A stretch of 64,000 nt of DNA from Anaerolineae bacterium (lineage in GTDB: Bacteria; Chloroflexota; Anaerolineae; S140-20), in contig JALUTT010000108.1 of NCBI GenBank assembly GCA_027021705.1, positions 1-64,000 of the forward strand, given 5' to 3'. Every line of letters starts with the position of its first letter. The first letter of the stretch is position 1. The notes under the pieces are model-generated. The model saw nothing but the letters and a program-made list of their open reading frames with translations. It did not search any database and had not been told where the DNA came from. The translations under genes were made by a program, and so were the position numbers. Of the stretch, positions 44,691 through 54,640 are shown piece by piece.

Positions 44691-46639
44691 CAGGCCGATT
44701 CCCCCGACTCCTCGTAGGCGGGTAGGAGAACGTAGAAGGTGCTTCCTTCCCCCGGCGTGCTCTCCACCCACACCCGTCCCCGGTGCCTGTCCACCACCGA
44801 TTTGACGATGGAAAGCCCCAGGCCCGTGCCCGGAATGTCGGCGGTCTCCTCGGTGGTCACCCGGAAGAACTTGTTGAAGATGTAAGGTTGATCGGCGTAG
44901 GGGATGCCCAGCCCATCATCCTGAACGCTGATCAAGAGATGACGGTCCTTCTCCTGAGCAGCGACGCAGATATGCCCGCCCTCCGGAGTGTACTTGATCG
45001 CATTGCTAATCAGGTTGGTCAACACCTGGCGTATGCGCCGGGCGTTGCCCAGGACGAGGGGGATGCTGGGGGCGATCTGGACGGTGAGGGACTGCTTCTT
45101 AGCCTCCGCCTCAGGGCGCAACTCGGCAGCGGCGTCCACGATGATGGGGTCTACTCGCAAGGGATGCATCTCCAGATCGTAACCGGCCTCGATGCGGCCC
45201 AGGTCCAGCAGGTCGCTGATCAGCTCGGTGATCGCCTTCATGCTGCGCCGCACGTGGCTGATGAACTCCATCTGCTTCTCGTTCAGAGGGCCTACCCGAG
45301 GCAGCAACTCCACATACCCCTGGATGGTGGTCAAGGGAGTGCGCAGGTCGTGGGAAACGGTGGAGACGAACTCAGCACGGATGCGGTCCAGTTCCTTCAG
45401 GTGGGTCACATCCTGCATCACCACCACTTTGCCCACCTGGGGGACCGTGGAGATGTGAGCATTGAAGGTGCGCCCATCGGGCAGGGAGACCTCGGTCTGG
45501 GCCGGATCGCCCTCCAGCGGGGGGCGAAGGAAGAGGTCCAGCAGATCGGGATTGGTCACAGTGATGGAGACCGGCTGCCCCAGGGAACGGCGGGGGTCAA
45601 TGTTCAGGGCTTGAGCCGCCGTGTCGTTGCAGAGGATGATCCGCCCCTCCAGATCGGTGACCAGGACGCCCTCGGCCATGCCCTGGAGGATCGCCTCCAG
45701 AGTGCCTTTCTCCTTCTGCAGCCGGCTGAAGAGGTTGGCGTTCTCGATAGCGATGGCTGCGTAGTCGGCCAGGGCTGACAGAATGAAGATGTCGTGCTCT
45801 GTAAAGCTCCGATCAGTGGTCACGTTGGCGACGGTGAGGACGCCAATGGAACCCCGTCCCGGGGAACGGAGGGGGACACTCAACAACGCCTTGACCAGGT
45901 AGGCGGTGGCGATCTTCTTGGTCTGCTCCCCGGCCAGCAGGACCGGGCGGCCTGTCTGGATGACCCGCCCGGCCAGCGAGTCATCCACCCGCACGCGCAT
46001 CCTCCGGGCCGTCTTCTCCTCGATGTTCTTAGCCGCGCGCAGGTAGAGCTCCCCCGTCTGCTCGTCCAAGAGCATCAGGGAACCCTGCTCGGCCCGGGCC
46101 ATATAGGTAGCAGCTTCCGTGACCCGGTTCAGGACCAACTCCAGGTCCAGCACCGAGGTGACCGATTTGCCGATGGTGTAGATGGCGTTCAGTTCCTGGA
46201 GCTGCTGCTGGAGCTTGGCGTTGAGTTCTTGAAGCTTCCGGGTGAGTTCGTCCCGCTCCCGACGCAGACGGGCTTCCTGCAAGGCCCGCTCAACGGCCGT
46301 CAGGATCTCCTCGACCTCGAAGGGTTTGATAACGTAGTCGCGAGCCCCCAGTCTGAAGGCTTGAACGGCCAACTCCTCGGAGCCGTGGAAGGTAGAGAGG
46401 ATCACGGGAATGTCCACCCCCTCCTCCCGCAACGCCTTCAGTACCTCGACACCTGAGAGGCCGGGCATCTGCATATCGAGGATGATGAGATCTGGGGAGA
46501 CTTCCCGAGCCATAAGCAACCCCTCACGACCATCGCGGGCCGTCAGCGGCTCGTAGCCGTTGGGGCGCAGCACGTACTCGGCCAGGAAGTCTCGGGCTTC
46601 TGCGCTGTCGTCTACGATCAAGATCCGTTCACCAGACAA
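44690..46639 (-). CDS. Hybrid REC-GAF-PAS histidine kinase
   Basis: [45 protein letters not shown] start follows GGAG. Confidence 0.9.
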   Translation of the reverse strand: MSGERILIVDDSAEARDFLAEYVLRPNGYEPLTARDGREGLLMAREVSPDLIILDMQMPGLSGVEVLKALREEGVDIPVILSTFHGSEELAVQAFRLGARDYVIKPFEVEEILTAVERALQEARLRRERDELTRKLQELNAKLQQQLQELNAIYTIGKSVTSVLDLELVLNRVTEAATYMARAEQGSLMLLDEQTGELYLRAAKNIEEKTARRMRVRVDDSLAGRVIQTGRPVLLAGEQTKKIATAYLVKALLSVPLRSPGRGSIGVLTVANVTTDRSFTEHDIFILSALADYAAIAIENANLFSRLQKEKGTLEAILQGMAEGVLVTDLEGRIILCNDTAAQALNIDPRRSLGQPVSITVTNPDLLDLFLRPPLEGDPAQTEVSLPDGRTFNAHISTVPQVGKVVVMQDVTHLKELDRIRAEFVSTVSHDLRTPLTTIQGYVELLPRVGPLNEKQMEFISHVRRSMKAITELISDLLDLGRIEAGYDLEMHPLRVDPIIVDAAAELRPEAEAKKQSLTVQIAPSIPLVLGNARRIRQVLTNLISNAIKYTPEGGHICVAAQEKDRHLLISVQDDGLGIPYADQPYIFNKFFRVTTEETADIPGTGLGLSIVKSVVDRHRGRVWVESTPGEGSTFYVLLPAYEESGESA

Positions 46640-46807
46640 GGCAACGCTCCTGGAATAGCAAGGTGGTGTCACGTTGAGCTTAATATAGCACATTTTAGCG
46701 CAAAGACCAACCCCCCTTAGGTCCAAAGGGATGGGAAAAAGGGGCCAGATCCGAGGTGATCCGCTGCTGAGGCCCATCGCAGCAATCCCTCGATGGGGGA
46801 ATTCTTT

Positions 46808-46861
46808 CTAACTGCTTTCTAACAAACCGCTCACCTCTTCCTAACGGGTTTCCTCTACACT
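46808..46861 (+). promoter_or_regulatory. Four CTAAC boxes at 11-bp pitch plus TACACT -10
   Basis: ctaac 46808, ctaac 46819, ctcac 46830, ctaac 46841; TACACT 46856-46861. Confidence 0.7.
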
Positions 46862-46916
46862 TATTTCTCGATACAGGCGGTAAAATGCCCTTTGTGCACC
46901 GTACAGGACTGACGGG

Positions 46917-47612
46917 ATGGGAGAAACAACGGTGGAACTCTACGGCAACTCACAACTGGCTCCCTTCCGTGTAGGAGTTCAGGATAGGAGAATCTACTAC
47001 ACTACCGTCAAGCGGGTGTTCGACCTTTGCGTGGCAAGCGTGCTCCTGGTCGCACTGGCCCCGCTCATGCTCTTCATCGCCATCTGCATCCGGCTCGATT
47101 CCCCCGGCCCGGCGCTTTTCAAGCAGACGCGAATCGGCAAGGGGGGCAAGCCCTTCACCTTCTACAAGTTCCGCTCGATGCACGTCAACAACGATCCGAA
47201 GGAGTACGAGCAGTTCTTTAAGGCTTTCGTGAACGGCCAGGCGAAAGGGGAGAACGGCGTGCACAAGCCCATCCGGCCCAACCAAGTGACGCGGGTAGGG
47301 CGGATCCTGCGCAAGACCAGCTTGGACGAGCTTCCCCAACTGATCAACATCCTGAAGGGGGAGATGAGCTTCGTTGGCCCTCGCCCCAACGTGCCCTGGG
47401 AGGTGGAGGCCTACCAGGAGTGGCACAAGCGGCGGTTGGAGGTGCTGCCCGGCATCACGGGCCTGGCCCAGATCCGGGGGCGAAGCCGCCTCACCTTCGA
47501 CCAGATCGTCCGCTACGACATCGAGTACATCGAAAACCAGAGTCTATGGCTGGACCTGAAGATCCTATGGCAGACGATCCCATCGGTGCTGGGTGGCAAC
47601 GGCGCGGGATAG
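46917..47612 (+). CDS. Priming sugar-phosphate transferase (Bac_transf family)
   Basis: KRVFD, KFRSM, LRKTSLDELPQ, GEMSFVGPRP, PGITGLAQ. Confidence 0.95.
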   Translation: MGETTVELYGNSQLAPFRVGVQDRRIYYTTVKRVFDLCVASVLLVALAPLMLFIAICIRLDSPGPALFKQTRIGKGGKPFTFYKFRSMHVNNDPKEYEQFFKAFVNGQAKGENGVHKPIRPNQVTRVGRILRKTSLDELPQLINILKGEMSFVGPRPNVPWEVEAYQEWHKRRLEVLPGITGLAQIRGRSRLTFDQIVRYDIEYIENQSLWLDLKILWQTIPSVLGGNGAG

Positions 47613-47683
47613 GCGGATAGAGGGTATCGCCGGGGGCCTGCCACCGCAGCCTTCGCAAAACTGACCCCCAACACATTGGAGAC

Positions 47684-47720
47684 AAAAGAGGCGTGCCTCT
47701 GAACAGGGGCACGCCTTTTT
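47684..47720. terminator. Bidirectional intrinsic terminator
   Basis: aaaagaggcgtgcctctg-aa-caggggcacgccttttt. Confidence 0.85.
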
Positions 47721-47773
47721 AAACGGTAAATTACCGCCCCTCTAACCGAATTTTTACATGTTCCTGGTACAGT
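47720..47773 (+). promoter_or_regulatory. Four CTAAC-like boxes at 11-bp pitch plus TACAGT -10
   Basis: taaac 47720, ttacc 47731, ctaac 47742, tttac 47753; TACAGT 47768-47773. Confidence 0.6.
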
Positions 47774-47792
47774 TCAAAACGCAATACGGCCA

Positions 47793-48941
47793 ATGGCCGC
47801 ACCTCGCAGCCTCTACAGCCATCCAGACGTGGGAGGGGAAGTGAGACCCAACCTGACGATCCTCCCTCTTTCCACATTTTGGAGGGGGAAGAAGGTCCTG
47901 GTTACCGGACACACGGGCTTCAAGGGAAGCTGGCTTGTGCTATGGCTACAACAGTTGGGGGCCCAAGTGATCGGCTACGCGCTCCCTCCCCCCACCCAGC
48001 CCAGCCTCTTTGAGATGGCCCGGGTGGACAGGGGGATGGTCCACATCACGGGAGATATTTTGGACCTGGCCCATCTGCAGGCGGTCCTGGAGGAACATCG
48101 GCCCGAGATCGTCTTCCACCTGGCAGCCCAGTCTTTGGTACGCTATTCCTACCAACACCCTGTGGAGACCTATGCCACCAACGTGATGGGCACCGTCCAC
48201 CTCTTGGAGGCGGCACGTCACACGGAGAGCGTTCGCGTCGTCATCGGCGTGACTAGCGACAAATGTTACGAGAACCGGGAATGGATCTGGGGGTATCGGG
48301 AAAACGATCCGATGGGAGGGTATGATCCTTACTCCAGCAGCAAAGGGTGTGCCGAGTTGGTTATATCCGCCTACCGGCGTTCTTTCTTCCCACCGGATGA
48401 GTACCCACGCCACCGGGTGGCCTTGGCCAGTGTACGGGCCGGAAACGTCATTGGCGGGGGGGACTGGGCGACGGACCGTTTGGTCCCTGACGTCATGCGA
48501 GCGTTCTTGGAGGACCGTCCGGTGGTCATCCGCAATCCTGATGCCCGCCGCCCTTGGCAGCACGTGCTGGAGCCGCTCAGGGGCTACTTGCTCCTGGCAG
48601 AGCGCCTGTGGGAGGAGGGGCCGACGTTCGTCGGGGCCTGGAACTTCGGTCCTGACGACGAGGACGTTCAGCCGGTCTCGTGGGTGGTTGAACGTTTGGC
48701 AGCGCTGTGGGGTGAGGGTGCGCGTTGGCGTGTGGACACAGGCCCACACCCTCACGAGGCGCGTTGGTTGAAGCTGGACTGCTCCAAAGCGAAGATGTTG
48801 CTCGGGTGGTTCCCGCAGATGTCCCTCGAGACGGCCCTGAAGTGGACCGTTGAATGGTACCGGGGCTACCGTAACCAAGCAGATGCTCGTCAACTTGTAG
48901 AAGAACAAATAAGGCGGTACTCAGCCCTGGTGGGACAGTAA
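47793..48941 (+). CDS. rfbG: CDP-glucose 4,6-dehydratase
   Basis: VTGHTGFKGSWL, HLAAQSLV, TSDKCY, DPYSSSK, RAGNVIGGGDW, RPWQHVLEPL. Confidence 0.93.
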   Translation: MAAPRSLYSHPDVGGEVRPNLTILPLSTFWRGKKVLVTGHTGFKGSWLVLWLQQLGAQVIGYALPPPTQPSLFEMARVDRGMVHITGDILDLAHLQAVLEEHRPEIVFHLAAQSLVRYSYQHPVETYATNVMGTVHLLEAARHTESVRVVIGVTSDKCYENREWIWGYRENDPMGGYDPYSSSKGCAELVISAYRRSFFPPDEYPRHRVALASVRAGNVIGGGDWATDRLVPDVMRAFLEDRPVVIRNPDARRPWQHVLEPLRGYLLLAERLWEEGPTFVGAWNFGPDDEDVQPVSWVVERLAALWGEGARWRVDTGPHPHEARWLKLDCSKAKMLLGWFPQMSLETALKWTVEWYRGYRNQADARQLVEEQIRRYSALVGQ

Positions 48942-48968
48942 GCATATGCTCGGGGAGGCATTAGGCTG

Positions 48969-50489
48969 ATGGACCTGCGACACTATTTCGACATACTGCA
49001 GCGCCGATTTTGGGCGATTGTCATCGTGGTTTCGGTGACGCTGGGGATGATGGCCGGTTACAGCTTGCTGGCCACCCCCGTTTATAAGGCCCAAACCACG
49101 GTTCGGATCCTTCTAGATGTGGGTATCTCCGATTTTGTTCTACGCCAGGACTATACCATACGAATGCTTAATACCTATGTCTATGTCCTGGAAAGTCTTG
49201 CATTTCGGGAGAAAGCCTTGGAACGCCTCGAACCTCGATATGGAGAGCGCGCCCGCCAAGGATTGCGTGACCTGAAATCAGAAGCAATTCCCGACTCGGA
49301 GCTTATCCGCATAATCGTCTATCACGAGGACCCCCAGATTGCCCAAGAGATGGCCAACCTCTTGGTCATTTTGCTGAGAGAGTATGCTCAGAATCTGTAT
49401 GTGGGCGGGCAGCGAAGTGTCCGCGAGGTGATTGAAGATCAGCTTAACCAGATGCGTGCTGAGATCAATTCAATGCGCCAGCGTCTTGCTCAGCTGACGA
49501 GCACAGGGGCATCAGAGGCGGAAATCGAAATGCTGTACAACCAAATCAAATTTGAAGAAGATTCTTATGACCGTCTGCTAGATCGCTACGAACTAGCTCG
49601 ATTAAATGAAAGCATTCGGGCTAACAGCATCAGTGTCGTGCAGCCTGCCGCCTTCCCTCGCCAGCCCTCTAATGCCCCCCACTTACGGGACATTGGCTTG
49701 ACCTTGGTGGTCGGGCTGCTTGGTGGAATAGGAGTTGCCCTGGTGTTAGAGAATCTGGACACACGTATTCGCAGTGTGCACCAGCTTGAACACATCCTGC
49801 AAATTACAGTTATAGGCACAGTGCCCAAAGGATCTCTACACTTGAGGAGGAATGGCAAGCGGCAAACAAAACAAGAGAGGATGCTTTGGGAAGCTTACCA
49901 CCTCCTAGCGTTGAACCTACAGGCCCAGATCCAAGCCAAGGGAATTAAAACTTTGCTGATCACTAGCGCTATGCCTCGGGAAGGGAAATCTATGGTTGCT
50001 AGCAACCTCTCCCAAGTGATGGCTGAACAGGCGAGAATGGTCTTTATCATCGAGAGCGATATGAGACGCCCGACTTTGAAAGAGCACCTAGGACTAGCCG
50101 AGCAGCATATTGGGTTAAGCGAGTTGTTAACCGAAGCGATCCCACTGGAGATCGCTACATGCGCTACGGACCATCCCAGCCTATTTGCGATTCTCAGCGG
50201 CTCGCCTCCCGCAAATCCTACGGCCTTATTGGCAACACCTGGTATGCACAACTTGTTGGCCTTCCTCAGGAAACAGACCTACCTGACCATTCTCGATGCG
50301 CCTCCTGTACTGGGCATCGCTGATGTCTCGGTATTGGCTTCCCAAGTAGATGCTATCCTCCTGGTAGTCCGCCAAGACGTCTCGCGCCGAGAACAAGTTC
50401 AGGAAGCCCTCAAACAGCTCAAAGCTGTTCAAGGCCCTATATTGGGAGCTGTGTTCTTGCGAAAAGGAAAAGGGGGATGGGAATACTGA
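48969..50489 (+). CDS. Wzz/Wzc-type polysaccharide co-polymerase with BY-kinase-like domain
   Basis: MDLRHY..., two TM segments, coiled coil, TSAMPREGKS, ESDMRRP, LDAPP. Confidence 0.88.
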   Translation: MDLRHYFDILQRRFWAIVIVVSVTLGMMAGYSLLATPVYKAQTTVRILLDVGISDFVLRQDYTIRMLNTYVYVLESLAFREKALERLEPRYGERARQGLRDLKSEAIPDSELIRIIVYHEDPQIAQEMANLLVILLREYAQNLYVGGQRSVREVIEDQLNQMRAEINSMRQRLAQLTSTGASEAEIEMLYNQIKFEEDSYDRLLDRYELARLNESIRANSISVVQPAAFPRQPSNAPHLRDIGLTLVVGLLGGIGVALVLENLDTRIRSVHQLEHILQITVIGTVPKGSLHLRRNGKRQTKQERMLWEAYHLLALNLQAQIQAKGIKTLLITSAMPREGKSMVASNLSQVMAEQARMVFIIESDMRRPTLKEHLGLAEQHIGLSELLTEAIPLEIATCATDHPSLFAILSGSPPANPTALLATPGMHNLLAFLRKQTYLTILDAPPVLGIADVSVLASQVDAILLVVRQDVSRREQVQEALKQLKAVQGPILGAVFLRKGKGGWEY

Positions 50490-50528
50490 TTCACGGCACG
50501 GTTGGGTCAGATAGGGCATTACCGAGCG

Positions 50529-51986
50529 ATGCTGACTCACTTACGTCCTAGATTTCGACTCAATATCGCAAAAGAAGAGCTACTTCTGCCTTTTATCATT
50601 GGTGCCTTGCTAGGGGGAGTAGCTATTTTGGCCTATCACCTCCCTACCGCGTGGGGCGGGTTGATTGTGATGGGTATCGCAGGAGTGACAGCAACCCTAT
50701 GGCTTAATGACCTGAAGCGGGCACTCCTCATTGCTCTCACGGTTGACCAAGGGCTTGGTCTGGATATTGCACTGGCGAATGTTCCCCATTTAGGCGGTCC
50801 AGGGGGCTTTACGATCTCCTTGATGAGCATAGCAATCGTGGCGGGGTACATCCAATGGTTCATCGAACCCCACCGCCGTCCTCTGTTCCGCCACCATCGA
50901 GATGTCGTTCTCCCAGCAGCTCTCTTTTTACTCTTGAACCTGGCATCTGGGCTCCAGGCAGTTTACTTGAGATTCACCATCACCTTGACGGTCCTGTTAG
51001 CTCAATGCTTTCTTATGTATCTTTACCTCGTCAACTATGTAACAGACTGGCAGGATGTACGGTTGATCTTGATGGTACTTGCCCTCCTCTTGGGAGCACA
51101 AGCTAGTTTGATGGTTGTCCAATACACTACTGGCGCTGAGCTGGACATCCTGGGTATGCAGAGCAAAGCTTATGTGGGAAATACGGCTAGTGTCTCTGGA
51201 CGACGTGTTGCAGGAACTTTAGCTTCTCCTAACGCCGCAGCGACCTTCTTGATGTTTTCGATGTTGATCACTCTAGCGGGCTTTCTCAGCGAGGGACACT
51301 GGATCAACAAGTATCTGGCAGCAGGCTCACTGGGTATGGGCAGCATAGCGTTAATCGCAACTTACTCACGCAGCGGATGGATAGGGTTTGCAGTCGGCGC
51401 TGTCGTGGTTGCCAGCATTGCCTGGTACCGGAAGGTAGGACGACAAGAAGTGGTTATGCTAACCGTTGGCGGATTGATGCTGATGGGAGCATTCTCACGG
51501 GAGATCATCTCACGCCTTACCGGTGACGACAACAACTCCGCCTTATCCCGGATTTGGCAGACAAAACTGGCATTCAACATCATTCGCGCCCATATGTTTA
51601 CAGGCATAGGGGCGAATAATTTGGTCTTCGTTGAGCGGGATTACCTGCCTATCGAGCTTATGGGAACCCGGAGGCTTTATATGATTCATAACAAGTATTG
51701 GTCAGTGTGGGTAGAGACTGGCCTCTTTGGTCTACTCTCTTTTCTTTGGCTCCTAATAGCTCCCCTCTGGCGTGCCGTGCGAGGAATCGCCCGTGCCGCT
51801 GATCCCTACGAGTCCATTCTTATGGCAGGGCTGCTGGCTGCCTTGGGAGGATACGCCTTTCATATGACAGGAGACCCGTTCAGTTCACGTCTACGTATAG
51901 AGCCCCTTTGGTTCCTTATTGCAATGATTGTAGCGACCTCCCGGTTGATACGGTCTAAACACGTGGATACTGAACACGTCGCTTGA
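50529..51986 (+). CDS. O-antigen ligase/Wzy polymerase family protein
   Basis: Multiple TMs, RVAGTLASPN, TYSRSGW, GIGANN, HNKY..ETGLFG. Confidence 0.85.
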   Translation: MLTHLRPRFRLNIAKEELLLPFIIGALLGGVAILAYHLPTAWGGLIVMGIAGVTATLWLNDLKRALLIALTVDQGLGLDIALANVPHLGGPGGFTISLMSIAIVAGYIQWFIEPHRRPLFRHHRDVVLPAALFLLLNLASGLQAVYLRFTITLTVLLAQCFLMYLYLVNYVTDWQDVRLILMVLALLLGAQASLMVVQYTTGAELDILGMQSKAYVGNTASVSGRRVAGTLASPNAAATFLMFSMLITLAGFLSEGHWINKYLAAGSLGMGSIALIATYSRSGWIGFAVGAVVVASIAWYRKVGRQEVVMLTVGGLMLMGAFSREIISRLTGDDNNSALSRIWQTKLAFNIIRAHMFTGIGANNLVFVERDYLPIELMGTRRLYMIHNKYWSVWVETGLFGLLSFLWLLIAPLWRAVRGIARAADPYESILMAGLLAALGGYAFHMTGDPFSSRLRIEPLWFLIAMIVATSRLIRSKHVDTEHVA

Positions 51987-52075
51987 TGGACATTTACACC
52001 AAGCTGTTGACCCCATTCCATTCCGCCGATCCCTACCTCCTTGACAAATCGAGAAGACGCTATCTGGAGAGGCAT

Positions 52076-53518
52076 ATGGGTTCAGGGAGAGCACTTCTGA
52101 AGAACACGGGAGCCTTGGGTTTCTCCAACATTTTGACAGTAATAAGCCGTACCGTACTAGTTCTTGCCATATCCCGGCTGGCCTCTGTAGAAGGGCTGGG
52201 GGTTTACTCTACAGCGATGGCCTTTTACTACATCGCCTCGATGTGGGGAACGATGGGGATGATCAACTTTCTCTCGCGCGAGATCGCCAAGTACCCAGAG
52301 CAGACCAATCGCTATTTCATTCATGCTAGTCTGCTCACTGCGATAGCGGCTTTGGGAATGGTAGGAGGGCTGAATTCGCTCCCCTGGATCGTGACCTACT
52401 CGCCCCAGGCCCGGCTGGCGATCCGTCTGGTCAGCCTGGCAATCGTTCCGGGCACTCTCACGATTGTCCTACAAGCAGTGTTCTTAGCCCACCAACGGCT
52501 GGAATACTTCGCAATGGTTTCCCTGGTAGAGGCTGTTGGACACATCACCCTCAGCGCCTTCCTTCTCTGGAAAAAGGCTGGAGCTTTGGGGGTGATCGCC
52601 AGCTTTGCGTTCTTCCGCTATTTCACGGTCCTCACCCTCGGATTTTTGATGACACGCCTGATCTCCCGCCTCCGATGGGAGTGGGACCCTGCATTTCTAC
52701 GCTCGCTCTTGCGGGGCCTACGCACATTTGCGGCCCTCGGAGTCCTAGGGGCTCTGTTTGCCCGTCCAGAGGTCCTACTTCTGTCCTCATTGCGAGGAGA
52801 CAAAGAGATCGGCCTTTACAGTGCGGCCTTGTGGCTGGTTACCCTGTGGTATCTTATTCCCTCTAGCTACACAACGGCCCTCTTCCCTCAGCTCGCCAGG
52901 TCCTACCACCAGGGTCAACTCCAGACTATCCGCTTCTTGCAAGAGAGATCAGTCAAATATCTTGAGGCCATCGCTTGGCCTCTTGCCGTAGGCATAGCAG
53001 TAATGGCCGACGAAATCATCCAAATTGTCTTTGGTGCTCGATTCACGCCGGCTGCAACGGCCTTACGCCTGATGTCCATTGTCTTGGTGCTCAACTTTCT
53101 CACCCGTATCCTCTCGCGTATTCTCTTCGCCCGTGACGAACAAGGTCTGGTGCTCCGAGTCCAAAACATCAGCTTGGTCGCCCGTTTGAGCCTTGGAGGC
53201 ATCTTGATCTACATATGGGGCTACTTAGGAGCCGCTATCACCTTGGTCTTGTCCAACATCATTATGGCAAGCCTTCTCCTGATGTACGTATATCGTGGCG
53301 GAACACGGCTTCGGATTATCCACCACACCTGGCGGTTGGTGGTTGCCAGCACCGGAATGGGTGTGCTCATTGCAGGATTGCGCCCTTTGCTGACCGTGTA
53401 CTGGCTGGTTCCCATCGCGATTCTGGCCTATACCGTCCTGGTTGGTCTGCTTGGAGGAATCTCCAGAGAAGAACTGGCTTTTCTCTACAGGGCCTGGAGG
53501 CCTGCGACATCCTCTTAA
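52076..53518 (+). CDS. Wzx-type flippase
   Basis: LLKNT, GVYS, REIA, IGLYSAA, ALFPQLAR; many TMs. Confidence 0.88.
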   Translation: MGSGRALLKNTGALGFSNILTVISRTVLVLAISRLASVEGLGVYSTAMAFYYIASMWGTMGMINFLSREIAKYPEQTNRYFIHASLLTAIAALGMVGGLNSLPWIVTYSPQARLAIRLVSLAIVPGTLTIVLQAVFLAHQRLEYFAMVSLVEAVGHITLSAFLLWKKAGALGVIASFAFFRYFTVLTLGFLMTRLISRLRWEWDPAFLRSLLRGLRTFAALGVLGALFARPEVLLLSSLRGDKEIGLYSAALWLVTLWYLIPSSYTTALFPQLARSYHQGQLQTIRFLQERSVKYLEAIAWPLAVGIAVMADEIIQIVFGARFTPAATALRLMSIVLVLNFLTRILSRILFARDEQGLVLRVQNISLVARLSLGGILIYIWGYLGAAITLVLSNIIMASLLLMYVYRGGTRLRIIHHTWRLVVASTGMGVLIAGLRPLLTVYWLVPIAILAYTVLVGLLGGISREELAFLYRAWRPATSS

Positions 53519-53554
53519 CAGGCTTCAGGATCCTCCTACTTGCTGGACAACACG

Positions 53555-54640
53555 ATGATCCACATCGTTCTCATCGAATTTCGCGCTTCGACACCTGCTC
53601 CCGTTCACCTCGCCAATGCTCTGGGCGAGCTCTGCCGGGTAACATTGATGCTTCCGGATGCGGCCTCCTCCCTAATCCAGGCGGTGAACCGGGAGACGGT
53701 TGATCTGCAACCCTTCACAATGCCCCGTATCCGCCAACCCTCTAATCTGGCGATGGTACGACGGCTACGCCGCCGGCTGGAGCGGCTACATCCTCACCTG
53801 ATCCACATCACTTTCTGGCACCCGTGGGGTACCCCTGGCCTGGGAGTGCGATCCCTTGCTCCGCTGGTGGCGACAGTCCACGATGTAGAACGACACCTGG
53901 GAGAACGAGGCCTCTGGGCTATCCCGCCCTTCCTGTACCGATGGCAATGGCATTGGGCCCGTCAGGTCATCGTCCATGCTACCCGAGCTCGCCAACGCCT
54001 GAGCGAGCAATACGGCTATCCCGCCGAACGGATCCACGTGATACCCCTAGGCCGCTATGATTACTATCGTGCTCTGTCCTCCCAAAGCCAGCCGGAGGAG
54101 CCCCACACCATCCTCTTCTTTGGCCGCATTTGGGGATATAAAGGTTTGCAATACCTCATCAAAGCAGAACCTCTGATCACACGAGCAGTTCCCGATACTC
54201 GAATCATTATCGCAGGACACGGCGAGCCTTTCGAAAAATACCGCCAAGCTATGGTCAATCCCCACCACTTCGAGGTCTACAACTATCGGATTCCTGACAA
54301 TGAGGTCGCCCCCCTTTTCCAACGGGCCAGTGTTGTTGTCTTGCCTTACCTGGAAGCATCCCAGAGCGGGATCATCCCCATCGCCTACACCTTTGGGAAA
54401 CCTGTTGTTGCGACCCACGTTGGGGGGCTTCCTGATGTGGTAAAAGATGGCGAAACAGGGTTTCTGGTCCCTCCAGCCGATGCCCAAAGCCTGGCTGAGG
54501 CCGTTATACGCTTGCTAAAAGATGATGCTTTGCGCCATAAAATGGGACAACAGGCCCAACAATTCGCGGAGACAGTGTTGTCTTGGTCGAACATCGCCCA
54601 GAGAACTATGGATGTGTACAGGCTGGCGCTCAATGACTAA
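53555..54640 (+). CDS. GT4 glycosyltransferase
   Basis: FFGRIWGYKG, LPYLEASQSG, KPVVATHVGGL. Confidence 0.92.
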   Translation: MIHIVLIEFRASTPAPVHLANALGELCRVTLMLPDAASSLIQAVNRETVDLQPFTMPRIRQPSNLAMVRRLRRRLERLHPHLIHITFWHPWGTPGLGVRSLAPLVATVHDVERHLGERGLWAIPPFLYRWQWHWARQVIVHATRARQRLSEQYGYPAERIHVIPLGRYDYYRALSSQSQPEEPHTILFFGRIWGYKGLQYLIKAEPLITRAVPDTRIIIAGHGEPFEKYRQAMVNPHHFEVYNYRIPDNEVAPLFQRASVVVLPYLEASQSGIIPIAYTFGKPVVATHVGGLPDVVKDGETGFLVPPADAQSLAEAVIRLLKDDALRHKMGQQAQQFAETVLSWSNIAQRTMDVYRLALND

